Assembly (NCBI RefSeq): GCF_009914755.1
Contig: NC_060933.1
Length of the DNA stretch: 64,000 nucleotides
Strand: one strand, 5' to 3'
Origin: the human T2T-CHM13v2.0 reference genome, Homo sapiens
A program made the position numbers and the translations under genes. The notes under the pieces are model-generated. The model worked only from the letters and a program-made list of their open reading frames with translations, made no database searches and was not told the origin of the DNA. Positions 31,702 to 51,495 of the stretch are shown here, in pieces (positions within the stretch are counted from its first letter, which is position 1; every line of letters begins with the position of its first letter).

Positions 31702-34403
31702 TCACACCCAGACTGGGCTGAGGAGGGGACATTGTTTCCTCTTACAGCCTCTGGAGGTGGCCCCGCAGAGGCACTCAGAGCCCAGCAGAGGGCGACCAAG
31801 AGCCTCCAGGCGGCCTGGACATAAAGCAAGGGAGTCAGCCGGGCGGGGATGGGGGCAGCCGGGCAGGGATGGGGGCAGCCTCTGCACCTCCAGGCATGTG
31901 GAGGGCAACCCTAGATCCCTAGCACTCAGAGATCCCCACTCGGCCTCCCTGCCCAGCATGGCTGCTGCCCCCTGGGACTGCAGCCCAGCCCAGCTGGCCC
32001 TCCCCTGGGCCTGGACACAGTCCCACTTCATCCCTGGCAGTGCTACCAACCCCAACTCACCAGTGAAGCCACCACTTCTGCTGTGGATTTGGCTGGGTGA
32101 CCTCAGGAGAGCCATCAGGCTCTCTGTGCCTCAGTTCCCAAATAACACAGTAACAACCAACAGTCCCTGAGAGCACTCAACATCCTGGGCTTGGACCCAG
32201 CCATTCTGTGTGCAGGATCTCATGATCACCCTGGACACCTAGAATGTGCCAGGCAGTAGGAAAGCACAATCAAGAGACAGACACAGAGCCTGTCCTCAGG
32301 GAGCTGGCAGTCCCCAGGGACCAGGCATCATGGCCCCACTTTATAGATGAGGCAACCAAGGCCCGGAGAGGTGAAGTCACTAGCTCAAGGTCATACCGCT
32401 GATATGACTTGAGAGTCAAACCACACCCCTCCCAGCCACAGACCACACACAGCACCACTTCCCCCACCCCTGACAATAAGGGCCCAACTGGAACCCGAGT
32501 TCCAACCGGAACCCAAGTTCCCTCGTATTCTGCCAGCACACAGGTGGGGTTTCCTCCTCCAGGACTCAGGCCAGCTCAGCTACTTGCCAGCTGCAGGACC
32601 TTAGGCTGGTGTCTTGACCTCTCCGAAGTTCAGTTTCCTCATCTGTAAAATGACAGACTGTTGCAGTGCTTATCCTGCCCCACACGCATCGAATAAGAAC
32701 ACGCATCGTAAACTATACAACACTTCATGTATTCATTATTTATTAAACCCTTCCTTGGTGCCAAGCTTGGTGCCAACCCTGTGCTAGATGACAGCCTTGG
32801 GGGCATTGGTCTGGCGTCTAGGCCTCCAGTTCACTGTGCTAAGTGCCCTAAAGGACACGAGCCAGAGCACAGCCAGGGAAAGAGCTTCCAAGTCTGCCTG
32901 AGGCTGCAGGTGGGCACCCAGAGGACAAGAGTTAGCATCAAGACCAGGGGACGAGGGTGCATCTCATGCTGCCGAGAGCTCAGCTGTGCGTGGCCCTGGC
33001 ATCACCCTGGATTTTCCAAGAGCCCAATAAGCAGCACCCTCCACCCCACCCACCCTGCAGGCTGCCCAGGAACCCAGCATGGGACAGGCCCTCAAAGGCC
33101 CACCTGCATCCTCTGTCACGGTAAACACATCTGAGGGTGCACCCTTCAAGGAGACTTGGCCATCTTCCTCTTGCAGGGAAAGCAGCCCATGATGCTCCTG
33201 GTTGCTATGGCAACTGGGCCCTTGTTTTTCCTTCTTCATAAATAAGCTATAAATAGACAGGGCAGACCTGGGCGCCTTCCTTTGCATAAATTACAGCAGC
33301 TGCTCCAGGCTCCAGGGCCCCTGGCACAGCACCCAGGTGCCAAGCCTCGCTGCATGGGCCACAGAAACACAGCTCCCATGGGAGGGGCGCAGCACGGCAC
33401 AGGGCAGCATCTCAAAGTGTGGATTCCTACCACCCATCCAGACTCTATTGGGGTGCTGAGCAGATTTTGGGGCCCACCTGAGACCTCCAGAATCCCCACC
33501 ACTGTGAGCAAGGCCTGGGACGGCTGGGCCCTGAGTTTGCCAACTCCAGCTGCTGGAGAGCAGGAGGGGGCATCCCTCCCTTCTTCGTATCCAGGGGCTG
33601 TTCAAGTCACAGTGAAATCATGAGAATACTCCGCACTTCCTCAGTGGGTTCCAACAACCAAACACTCTCCCCACCTGGTTTAATCATCATGTTTAACATC
33701 TATTTACTGAATCCTTTCTCTATGCCAGGTGCTACGGTAATCACCTTCCATGCCACAACCCAATTCATTCATCAAAACACCATCTGAGGTTTCCAGCTTA
33801 CAGGTAGGGGACTCTCCACTTGGAGACAGGAGTTGTAACACAGGGTCACGCAGTTGGTCAGCAAGAGAACTGGAATTTGAACCCAAGCCTGTCCTGGTTA
33901 AAGCTCATGTTCTTAATCCCAGCCTCTCCTTTTAGCATACCTGATTCTCTTAATAATTTCCGAGGGAGGGAACAGCAGGTGGGATCCTTTAAGGGGGAAG
34001 GAACAGAAAAAGGAGCTGAGACTCAGAAGGACCAGGGCCCGACCCACAGCCTCACAGGGAGGACAGTCAAGGCTGAGACTTGGGTCTGTGGAAGGCAGGC
34101 TGCAGAGAGTGGAATTACTTTCCCTAAAGAGGGGAAGATTCGGGGAGACACAATTGCCTGGAGGGCCTGGGCAGACTTCTTGGAGGAAGTGAAGCTGTAA
34201 CAGAGTCTTGGAGAATGGCAGTGGAGAGAAGGAAAAAAGCATTCGAGACAGAGAGAGCAGATAAAGCATTCAAGAAAAAAGCATTCAAGACAGAGAGATA
34301 AAGGCTCGGAGGTGTGGTAGCGCCATCGGGCTGGCAGGATAGCAGGCAGATCAGTCCGGTTATGGGCCAGGGGCAATGTGGCCAGCTGGCCAGGCCCCAG
34401 TTA

Positions 34404-34720
<317 letters not shown>

Positions 34721-34778
34721 TCCTTGCAGGCTGGCTCAGAAGCCTGGGCCTATCGCAAGGACATTGGGAAGCCATCAG

Positions 34779-35107
<329 letters not shown>

Positions 35108-36687
35108 TGACCTCTAGAGAAAACGGGTTTCCTGCTTGACGTGGGGGTTTGAACAGGGCTCATCACCCGGGACAAGGTATTCTGAAGGCTGCTGAACCAC
35201 GGGTGCTTTCTCCATCAAATCTTGCAGGATCCATCTCTGAATGTGTCTCCCGGACCCAGACACATCCAGCCCCATTATCTTCTCCATGCTTCAGACCTGC
35301 CTCGCCCTAGGTAAATGCTGCTCCATTCATTCACTCATTCATTCACTCCTTCAGATGTTCCTTACATAAACTCCAATCCTGTGTCTGGTACCATGCGACG
35401 CACAAGAAAACAAAGACTCTGCCCTCAAGAGAAATGGATACAGAAATAAATAAGCAAGTAAAAGGATCAGAAGGTTCTGATAGAGACTGTGTGGATTACA
35501 GAGATTCCAAGGAGAGAAAAAGTCAACTCCCCCAGGGGAGGAACAGCAGCAGCAAATGCTCTGAGGAAAACAGGAGACTGTAAACAGGACGCAGAAGAGG
35601 AGCAGGGGTTGGCTAGCTGGGGTTGCAGCGAGAAGAGAGTGGGCAATTCCAGAAGGAGGGGACAGTGTGAGCAGATCCGTGGAGGCGGGAAACAGCTGGG
35701 CTTGTTGGAGAACAGAAGATGAGAGGAGTAAGAGGGCGTGGGCAGCTGGAAACCGGGCATCCCAGAGTAGGAGGCAGGGGACAGAGGCTGACACATCACA
35801 GTGTGTGAAAACCACTCCGGCAGCCCGTGGGAGGACGGATGGACAGGGAGAGAATGAAAGTGGGAGAGCAGGGGCGGTGGGGGTGCTCCGGCCACAGATC
35901 AGGGAGGAGAGGAAGGTAGCCTGAAGTAGGGTGGTGACAGTGAGAACAGCGAGAGGGAACAGTCACTGGAGATATGACAGAGGCCAGATAGACAGCACAT
36001 GGTTGAAGTTTGGATGTTAAGGAGAGGTAAAAGGAGGAGTCGACGTTGTTCTCCGGGTTATCTGACTTTGGTAGCAGGAAGGTCCACGTGGGTGCCTTGG
36101 GGACACGTTGCATTGGAGGTCCCCGTGGGTCCCTGGAGCTCGAGAGAAGGGTCTGGGCTGGGGAGAGAGTTGCAGGAGTTCTCCAACAGCAGCGAGAAGG
36201 CTGTGGAAGTCCCAAATGTGAAGACAACACAGGAGAGTGGGCAAGGGAGAGAAGAGAGCTAGGGATGGTCCCATGTGTCAGGCAAGCAAAGACCGAGTGG
36301 GCAAAGAGTGGAGTGAAGGGGAACTAGAGGGGAGTGACATCACAGCCGCCAAGATCAGAGTGCCCGGAGATGCAGGGAGAGCACCTGAGTCCAGCACCAC
36401 AGACTCCAGCAAGCAAGAGGAGGACAGAACTGTGTCCATGGGGCCATCAGGTCTGACAAAGACCTTTTCTGTAATGATAATACTCAGTGTTAGGGATGAT
36501 CTGGTGAGATGAGCACCTTTAAGGGTTGCTAGTGGGAAGGCAAAATGGTATAATAGGAGCTTCTGGAAAGCTCTTTGCCAGAATAGTTCACGATCCTTGA
36601 AAAAGTCCAGAACATTTGACCCCAACATTCCCCTTCTAGGGATCTATCTTCAGTCAAAGATTGGTGTATAAAGACGTTCATCATAGA

Positions 36688-36992
36688 GGTCAGGTGTGGT
36701 GGCTCATGCCTGTAATCCCAGCACTTTGGGAAGCCGAGGCGGGAGGATCACTTGAGGCCTGGAGTTTGAGATCAGCCTGGGCAACATGGTGAGACCTCAT
36801 CTGTACAAAAAATAGAAAAATTGGCCAGGCAAAGTGGCACGCACCTGCAGTCCCAGCTGCTCAAGAGGTTGAGGTGGGAGGATCACTTGAGCCCAGGAAC
36901 TCGAGGCTGCAGTGAGCTGTGATTGTGTTCACCGCACTCCAACCTAGGCGACATAGTGCAACCCCATCTGTTAAAAAAAAAAAAAAAAAAAA
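36688..36992 (+). mobile_element. Alu (AluJ-like) within an old L1M
   Basis: Full Alu; flanks are L1 3'-like. Confidence 0.88.
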
Positions 36993-37514
36993 GGTTCATT
37001 GTAGCATTATTCATAGTGGATTATATATTGAATAATGAAGTATATATTGGATACTGAAATGGATTAAATGTTATAATATGTAGCAATATTATAATGAAAA
37101 TCTAGAAATCACTTTAATGTCAAACAATGGGAGAATAGTTAACTAGTTTATATGAAATTTATGAGGCCAAGAAAAATTATCTTCAATGCATGTTTAAGGA
37201 CAGAAGAAAGAATGAGAAAATGGACACAATGTGTATGGTTTTATGTGTGGGGGTATACATTCTTTTTTTAAAAAAATCCTATTATTAATAGTGGTAATTC
37301 CTTGCTGGTGGGATTTCAGCAAGGATTTTTTTTTCAAATTTTCAAGTTCTCTACATATTTATTACTTTTTTCCTCCAAATTATCATTGTGAAGTTTTTCA
37401 GAGCTTCAGAAAGCTACAAGGATGGTTCAATAAACACACAGAGACTCTTTATCCCAGATTTACCATTTTCTCTTCTCTCTCTCGCTCTGAACCATTTGAA
37501 AGTTACACAACACA

Positions 37515-37808
<294 letters not shown>

Positions 37809-37811
37809 TTT

Positions 37812-38145
37812 TTATATATATACATATATATATATACGTATATACACACATATGCGTGTATGTATATACGTATATATGTATATATGTGTGTATATACGTA
37901 TATATGTATACATGTGTGTATATACGTATATATGTATACATGTGTATATACGTATATATGTATACATGTGTATATACGTATATATGTATACATGTGTGTA
38001 TATACGTATATATGTGTATATGTGTGTATATACGTATATATGTGTATATGTGTGTATATACGTATATATGTGTATATGTGTGTATATATGTATATATGTA
38101 TATGTGTATATGTATGTATGTATATACACACATATATGTATATAT
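37812..38145. repeat. Compound (TA/TG/CA/CG)n microsatellite
   Basis: About 330 bp of alternating purine-pyrimidine with recurring TATATACGTATATATGT. Confidence 0.97.
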
Positions 38146-38777
38146 TTTTTAAAAGAAAAAGAAAATTACCCAACACTCCACCCCTAAATACTTAACCGTG
38201 AATCTCCAAAAACAAGTTCATTCTCCTATACAACCACAGTGCCATTCTAGGAATTCACTATTATTTAATTTCAATCCACATTCAAATTTCCCCTATTGTC
38301 CCGGGAATAACTTTCATAACTTTTGTGATCCAGCATTCAACCAGAGACCCCACACTGAATTCAGTCGCCATCACTCTTCAGCCTCCTTCAACCTGGAACA
38401 ATCCTCCAGGCTTTTTTTTTTTTTTTTGTCTTTCATGAAGAGGTCAGGCCAGTTGTTCTGAAGAATGCTCCTCAGTGAGGACTTGCCTGGAGACTCTGGT
38501 GAGCGTTTTTGCAGGAGCACCTTGTGATGACACCCGTCCTTCTCAGGGCATCACGGGAAGGGCGCGTGATGTTGACTTCCCCCGATATTTGTGGTGTTAA
38601 GTCTCATCGTTATTAGTAAAGGTAGTGCCTGTCAGATTTCTCCATTTATAAAGGTAACTTTTTCCCCTTGTAATTAAAAAGTAACATGTGGGTGATTCTT
38701 GGAGGCTGTATGGATATCTCATTCCCAATGGTCTTTTGCCCAGTGGTGTTAAACAGCCACTAACAATTCTTGCCTGA

Positions 38778-39162
<385 letters not shown>

Positions 39163-39781
39163 CCTTGTTTTTTTGAATTCTAGGTTTCTTTTTTCTATGT
39201 GTTATAATCTAGTCTTATTTTAATCATTTAAAAATCATTTATTATCTCCAATTCTCCCATTTATTATCTCTAATTCTTATTTTAAATCATTTTTATCTCC
39301 AGTTCTCCCAAATGTGGCCGGTAGGAGTGCCTTCAGAGCAGCTCCCTGCCAGCTTCAGTTCTTTGCTTTCTGGCCCAGTGAGATGGCCTGAGTGGAGGAA
39401 TCACATGAGCCACAGAAATGACCCCTCAACTCCAGATCCACTGGGAAGCTGGAAGGAAGTCTGCAGGCACCAAGGGAAGCAGCAGGGCTGTGTGGACATT
39501 GGTAGTGCCTTCTCTCAGAAGCTCCGCAGCCAGGACTTTAATGAATGGCCCTACTCCAGGGTCAGGGCCAGAGCCAGAGCCAGCTTAGACACAGGCCACC
39601 AGCCTGCCTGGGCATCTTGGTTTTACATCTCATCTATTTACTTCTTGCACGAGGAAAGAGATTAATTATGGTACAAAGATGAAGAAAAACTGTATTCTTT
39701 TGCAACTTCCATGAGGAAGGAAAAAAAGTAGGGAATCATGCCAAGATTTTAGGAGGCCAAGGTATATGTGTGCCTACGAGA

Positions 39782-39784
<3 letters not shown>

Positions 39785-39819
<35 letters not shown>
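39785..39819. repeat. (GT)n microsatellite
   Basis: Uninterrupted GT run. Confidence 0.97.
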
Positions 39820-39820
<1 letters not shown>

Positions 39821-40074
39821 TCCCAGGTTCTCCAGGCTTTCGGATCCCCTTTCTTCTTCTCTATCTTAACTTTTAAGAAATTGGCATATAGCGTGCATGC
39901 AGTAAAATGCACAGATTTTAAGGATACAGTTAGATGAGTGTCGACAAATGTGTGATCAGCACCCTGACCAAGATTTAGAACGTTTCACCACCATCAGAAA
40001 GTTTCCTCATGCTCCTTCCAGTCAATCCCCCAACCCTCCATAAAGGGAACCACTTTCCCATATAAAAAATTCTA

Positions 40075-40385
<311 letters not shown>

Positions 40386-41723
40386 CTAGAACTTCACACA
40401 AAAGGAATCTTACAATGGGCACACCTCCTTTATTTTAACTACCAAATAAAATGGTGGTGGGAAGGCTAGCAGTGTCACCACTGCTCCAAAATATTTCTGA
40501 GGCCTTCTTGGGGAGAAGCAAAGAGGTACTGATGTCCCACTGTAGCTTCTGGCTCCAAATCTCTGCTCCCAGGCTGGTGGCTGACGAGGAGACACAGATG
40601 AGTCTCCTTCCCCTACTCAGGAAAAATCATTTTCCATGGCCTAGAAACTATGGCCTCAAAACTCCACTGGACTTGGCAGCCTATCTACCCAGAAGTGAGG
40701 CTCGGCCACTCTGACAGCCCTTCTGCACCCTTGACTGTGGGGACCCCTGGGGGACTGTGATCCTGTCCGTCTGCCAGCAGGAGCAGCGAGCAGCACCAGC
40801 GGCCACCCGACGTCCTGTATCTCCGCTGTCAATCTGCCCGCTGCCCTGGGTTGTTTACTGGAAGCTGGCCTCCCTGCACAGGTTCAAAGCCCTGGCCCTG
40901 GGCACGTCTGCGGCAGGAAGCAGGCCGGGCAGTAATTGGCGGTGCGGCCATGCTAAGTGGCCAGCACCGACCCGATATCCTCCCCCAGCAGTCGCCTTTG
41001 AGTGGCTCCATGCTGACCTTCCAGGCCTGCGGGGACTTCCTGCCGAACGCCGAGCCAGCTCCAGGAACAAATTACTTATTCCCCAAGAAATCTATTAAAA
41101 GGTGACAGCAGTCGGGAGACAGGTGGCCAGGAGGCCTCCAGCACCGGAAGCCAAATGTCTTCCGTTCCCAAGGGCCACCAGCCAACTCCCCCTGAACTTG
41201 CTGGCTCAGAGGGAACTGAGCTAGAACTCTAACTTTTGGGGCCAAGGAAAAATGACTCAGAGCTGGAGAGAGGCTGCCATACTTGCAGCCCAATGTGGCT
41301 TCTCGACAGGGGAAGCGGCAGGAGGCAGTCACCCAGACTCGGTTCTATCTGCCATTCCTATTCTATGTGGCCTTGGGCGAGCCACCTGGCCTCTCTGAGC
41401 CCTCCATGCCTATCAAGGCCATAAGAAGCCCCACCCGTTGGGTTGGCACAAAGCAGATGTACGCAAAGTGCCAGGCACATAATGGATGCTCTGTGGGTGT
41501 TGCTGGATCAGAGCCGACTGGGTTTCATTTTCCAGCGGAGAGAGAAGTGAGCCCAGAGTGACCTGCGTGTGCCCACGGGCAGAGGGAGGCAGAGATCAAG
41601 CCTCAGGATTGCATGGAGTGGGGCTGGCACTGGAGGAGCTGGGGGAGGGCACAAGGCACAGCAGCATCTGGTCTCCCCCTGGCGAGGAGCTGTTACCATC
41701 TCCAGCCAGGCCCTGGCTGATCA

Positions 41724-42070
<347 letters not shown>

Positions 42071-42119
42071 TTTTTATTATTGAATAAATGAATGAATGAA
42101 TGCCCAGCTCATTGGTAGA

Positions 42120-42325
42120 TGTGGCAGGCTGTGTAATGGCCCTCCCAAAGATGTCAATGTCCTGATCCCCAGAACCTATGAACATGTTACCTTACATGAT
42201 AAAAGGGATTTTGCAAGTATGATTAAGTTAAGGATCTATAAATGGGGCGGTTATGCTGGAGTATCCAGGTGAGCATAATATCCTCACAAGGGTCTTACAA
42301 GAGGGAGGCAGGAGGCTCAGAGTTG
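42120..42325 (+). mobile_element. MaLR LTR 5' part (MLT1D-like)
   Basis: aatggccctcccaaagatgtc...ccccagaacctatgaacatgttacctta. Confidence 0.8.
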
Positions 42326-42840
42326 AGGCCTCAGATGTGAACTGAGGGAGAGGCATCTGCAATAGACACAGGTGACATCAAGGCCCGGGCTTCACAGTTG
42401 TGTAACTGATGTTCTCTGGACCTGGTTGGCTCTAAACTCCAAAGTACTCTTTTTATCATATGATGGAGTGCTGCTGGGTCCACCTGACCTTATAACTTGG
42501 GGAATCAGAAAATACCAGCTCATGATGGACAGCTGAAATCTCATAGTCATTTGATATCTCCTGGTTAGGTGCTTGCTTGGTCTCTGCTAGAGTCCAGAAG
42601 GATGCCAGGAGCTGATTTTCTAAGGGTGAGCATTTCTCTACATCAGAGGTCATGAACTTGCCTCTAACCCTAGGGGTCTGTGCTACGAATCTTCTGTTAG
42701 GGTGTGGCAGACACACAACCTTGTCTACATGGATACTTCTTTTGCACCGTTGGGTTTGTGATTGGGTAAGGCCCAAGCAGCAAGGTACTTACACCACTGA
42801 CTAGATCTCTCGTGCTCTGATCCCCACTTGAAACTGATCA

Positions 42841-43600
<760 letters not shown>

Positions 43601-43813
43601 GTTCTATCAATATGCAGGTTCCTGAATCTCTGTAGGGTTTTTCTCTCACCCTCTAACAGAGATATGTCTGACTAGGGCCCCCAGAGAACAATCCACTCTC
43701 TGCCCACGGGGTCAAATGGACATAGTGTCATCAATGGAGTGGATGAATGGGATGTTTGGCAGAATGCCAAGCCCGTATGAACTTTGCGACACAGAACAGG
43801 AGAACTGACATAG

Positions 43814-44170
<357 letters not shown>

Positions 44171-44811
44171 TGCAAACTACTTTTGATCCTTCTGACTGAT
44201 AGGAACTCAAAAGAATGCATTTGCCAAACCAAGAGCCCCATGCCAAGTGACTGAGGCTGTGTTGATCTATTCTATATTGGGACTACACGTTGGCTAAGTT
44301 TATGGCCATTCACCATCATCCACCATGATCCATGTGGCTTTTGCAGAGACAGGGGTAAATCAAAGAGTGCAGTGCTGGGGTCTCAGGTAGTGAATCCACT
44401 CTAACAAGCCCGACTCCCTGGGCCATCTGACCTATTCTTCAATACTCTGCTAAAGCAGCACCAGCATCTCCAGCTCAACTCCTGTAGGTCATTGTCATGT
44501 CCAAGCTTCCAGGAGCCACCCCAACAACATATCAGGGCTTCCTCAAGGTGTCTGGGCCAGTACACTAAATCCTGAGTCATAGGTAAGGACACCCAGACCA
44601 ATGAACTCACCCCTCTCCTACCTTGTGTTACAGACCCCAGTACAATGACCTCAAGATCCACCTCTAGGTGTTCTTAAAACTCCTGTTGATCTGTATTAGC
44701 CAGATCCTGCAATTCTCTCCAAAGTAAACTACCCTTTCTGGAAAGTATGTCTTCACTTAGGCTGTGCTACGATTTACTTTTAGCTATTAGTCTGGAGGCA
44801 ATAAAGGGAGG

Positions 44812-45897
<1,086 letters not shown>

Positions 45898-45977
45898 TCA
45901 ATCTCCACAGAAGCTGTACTGTCCTTCCAATCAAATCCAGGGCCTGATTTTTAGTGCCTAAAGAAATTAAGTTCCTT

Positions 45978-46375
<398 letters not shown>

Positions 46376-47014
46376 TTAAACACTGGTCTTTCACAGAATG
46401 CCCTGAGCTATCTGGTCTAGGCCAGTCATTCTCTTTCTTCAAGGTGTCCAAGGCAATGGACAAGAGCCAGCCAACCCCATAACGTGTATAATTGTCAATG
46501 CTGCCATATTGCTGAAGTGCTAGAGCTAGTGCATAACCCAGTGTGTTCCTGTCCACCTATTCCTCATCCCATTCCACCATGTGTCCGATTGTGATGCTTT
46601 AGCATGCCGGACATGATCGCTGCCCCTCTTACCTGTTGCCATGGGCTTTTGTTGCCATTTGATGAGTGATGAGTGATCCAATTTCAGAATCTCATTCTCA
46701 GGGTTTGTTTTCTAGTGAACCATTTCCTGTACAAACTGTCATAGTTCTTTGCAGAAAAATTATTTTGAAAAGAATAAACTTGTAAAAAGCAGGAGAACAG
46801 AAGTAAGACTATCTGGAAGAGAACAATCACTCTAATTAATTAAATTCTTGATATATTTCTCATTTCTAGAATAATAAACTGACATTGAATTGATACATGA
46901 AAAGCTGGTGAAAGATTCAAAACAATAAAGGTTTAGCAAAAAAATAAAGGGATGGAACAAGTTGAAAAAATACGAAAATAAACAACATAACTATATACAT
47001 ATATATATATATAT

Positions 47015-47333
<319 letters not shown>

Positions 47334-47442
47334 TAGTCATTAGTCTGTTCACCAAATATTTCTAGACCTATCTTCAGAGGACATGGTAGGTTAAACTTCC
47401 TGGATCCCTTTAGACTGGGTGGTACTCAAGAATAGGGAACAA

Positions 47443-48340
<898 letters not shown>

Positions 48341-48354
48341 CACACACACACAAA

Positions 48355-48631
48355 ATATGTGTCACTTCAGGGCTGGTGCATTTAAATGCCAGGGTGGGTT
48401 CCTCTGGAGCTTTTTTTTTTTTTTTTCCCCAGCCTCAGTGACTCCTGACACTCTGGATGATTTCTGCTGTATCAGCCTGAGTCCCTTGATTAGGGCCCTT
48501 TTGCCACAAGAATAGAACTTCCCCATGATGGATGTAGCATGAACAAAACAAAGCCACAAAACTACTATTTTAAGGCACTGAGATTTTAGAATTGCTACTG
48601 CAGCATGTCCTAGCATGTCCTGACTGATACA
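48355..48631 (+). mobile_element. Old MaLR LTR 3' part (MLT1I/J-like); probable 5' part at about 47335-47430
   Basis: ttttaaggcactgagattttag...cctgactgataca terminus. Confidence 0.65.
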
Positions 48632-48716
48632 GGAACCACATGAAGATTCATGAGGAAATATGCTTTCTGAATGTAAAATATTTTTATGAGAAAATTAAAT
48701 CACACTAGACCCTTAG

Positions 48717-49084
<368 letters not shown>

Positions 49085-49357
49085 TGAGTCAATCTGTTTG
49101 ACCCGGGCATTCGGTTCCCTTATTGGAGGAGCCTGGGTTATATCCCCACCTGTGGCAGTCAGAATTCTGAAGATGCCCCCTTCAATCCTGCAGGATTTCC
49201 ATTGTTGGTTATTCAACCAAACACTAACCTAGGTGCTGCCATGAAAACAAATACAAAACAAATATGCCACTCCAGGAGGATAGAGCGGGGTCGGCCCCTC
49301 CCAGCACCACAGGAACTGATCATGGAAGAGGAGGCTCCACAAAGAAAACCAGTTGCT

Positions 49358-49945
<588 letters not shown>

Positions 49946-50548
49946 AAAGAAAGAAAGAGAGAAAGAAAACCAGGTGCTGTTTCCAGAAGGAGCAGGAAAG
50001 CACTGGGCAGGGTTGACAGTGTCGAAGCTGAAAATGCATTCCCCATGGCCCAGCACCCCGACACAGCCAGGCTCTCACCCAAGCATCGGACCCATTCAAG
50101 GAGGGGCCTTGGCCCCCTTTGTTTGTGCCCAGGGCCATGCCCCTACAAGGCGCCAGTTGTTTCCTGTGCTCCAGGAATCCCTCCAGCTCTCCCCCAACTC
50201 TTCTCGCCATCTTCGGCTTCTTCAGTTTTCACCCCACTACTCAGGTGTCCAGAAAATTCCCTACACCTGGCCAGCTCCCGGGGCCTGACAGGGTGCAGGT
50301 TCCGTGTAAACTTTCAGCAATCATGGAGCAGAATCCCTGGAAGTGGCGGCAGGAGGAGAAGCAGGTCAGCCAAGCTGTTCCGGGCAGGGTCCCCTGACGT
50401 CACACATCCCATCCTTGACACAGTTCCGTCAGCAGCCAATAGGAACCCCATTTCTCAGAAGAAAAAAATCAAGGCATGAGGGAGATAAATCCTTCCCCAA
50501 GGTCAGCACATTCATTCTTCCCCTTCCAAGCGACGGAAACCCAATTCA

Positions 50549-50921
<373 letters not shown>

Positions 50922-51139
50922 TCAGCGGCTGACTTCAGGCCCCCATCGGTTCAGGCACTGGGGAAGTCTTCGTTCCCCTTCTGCCTCCCTCTTTGCCTCT
51001 GTGTTTTCCTCTCTGTCTCTGTCTCCCACCTCCTCCTCCTCTCAGGATTTATTCCCTCCCATTGCAGATGGATACAACAGGAAACGCAGCCTGTGGCAAA
51101 GACAGAAACCTGGTTCTCTTTGGGGCAACAAAATGCCCA

Positions 51140-51495
51140 GATGATAAATGACATTTCTCAAATTCCTTTGCAACCAGTGATACATAAGCACAAGTATTCT
51201 GTAGTACATCTGGGAAGGTTGCCTGAAGGGAGCTGATACCGCTGGAAGAAGAAACTCTTAGGCCCTTACCTACCTTTCCTCCTTCCTGTTGCCTAAAACA
51301 TAAGTGCAATGGCTGGAGCTTTGGCAGCTATTTTGGGCCATGAGGTGAGATGGAATGTCTCAGTGAGTCACATGAGACCTGGACTGGCCACCATCAGGCT
51401 TCTTTTACATTAAAAATAATAATACATCTTTACCTGTTTAAGCCACTTTTATTTGGAGCTTTCTGTTGTGTGCAGTTAAACTTAACCCCATGACA
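51140..51495 (+). mobile_element. Old MaLR LTR (MLT1J/K-like)
   Basis: atggctggagctttggcagctattttgggccatgagg; ctgtttaagccact. Confidence 0.6.
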
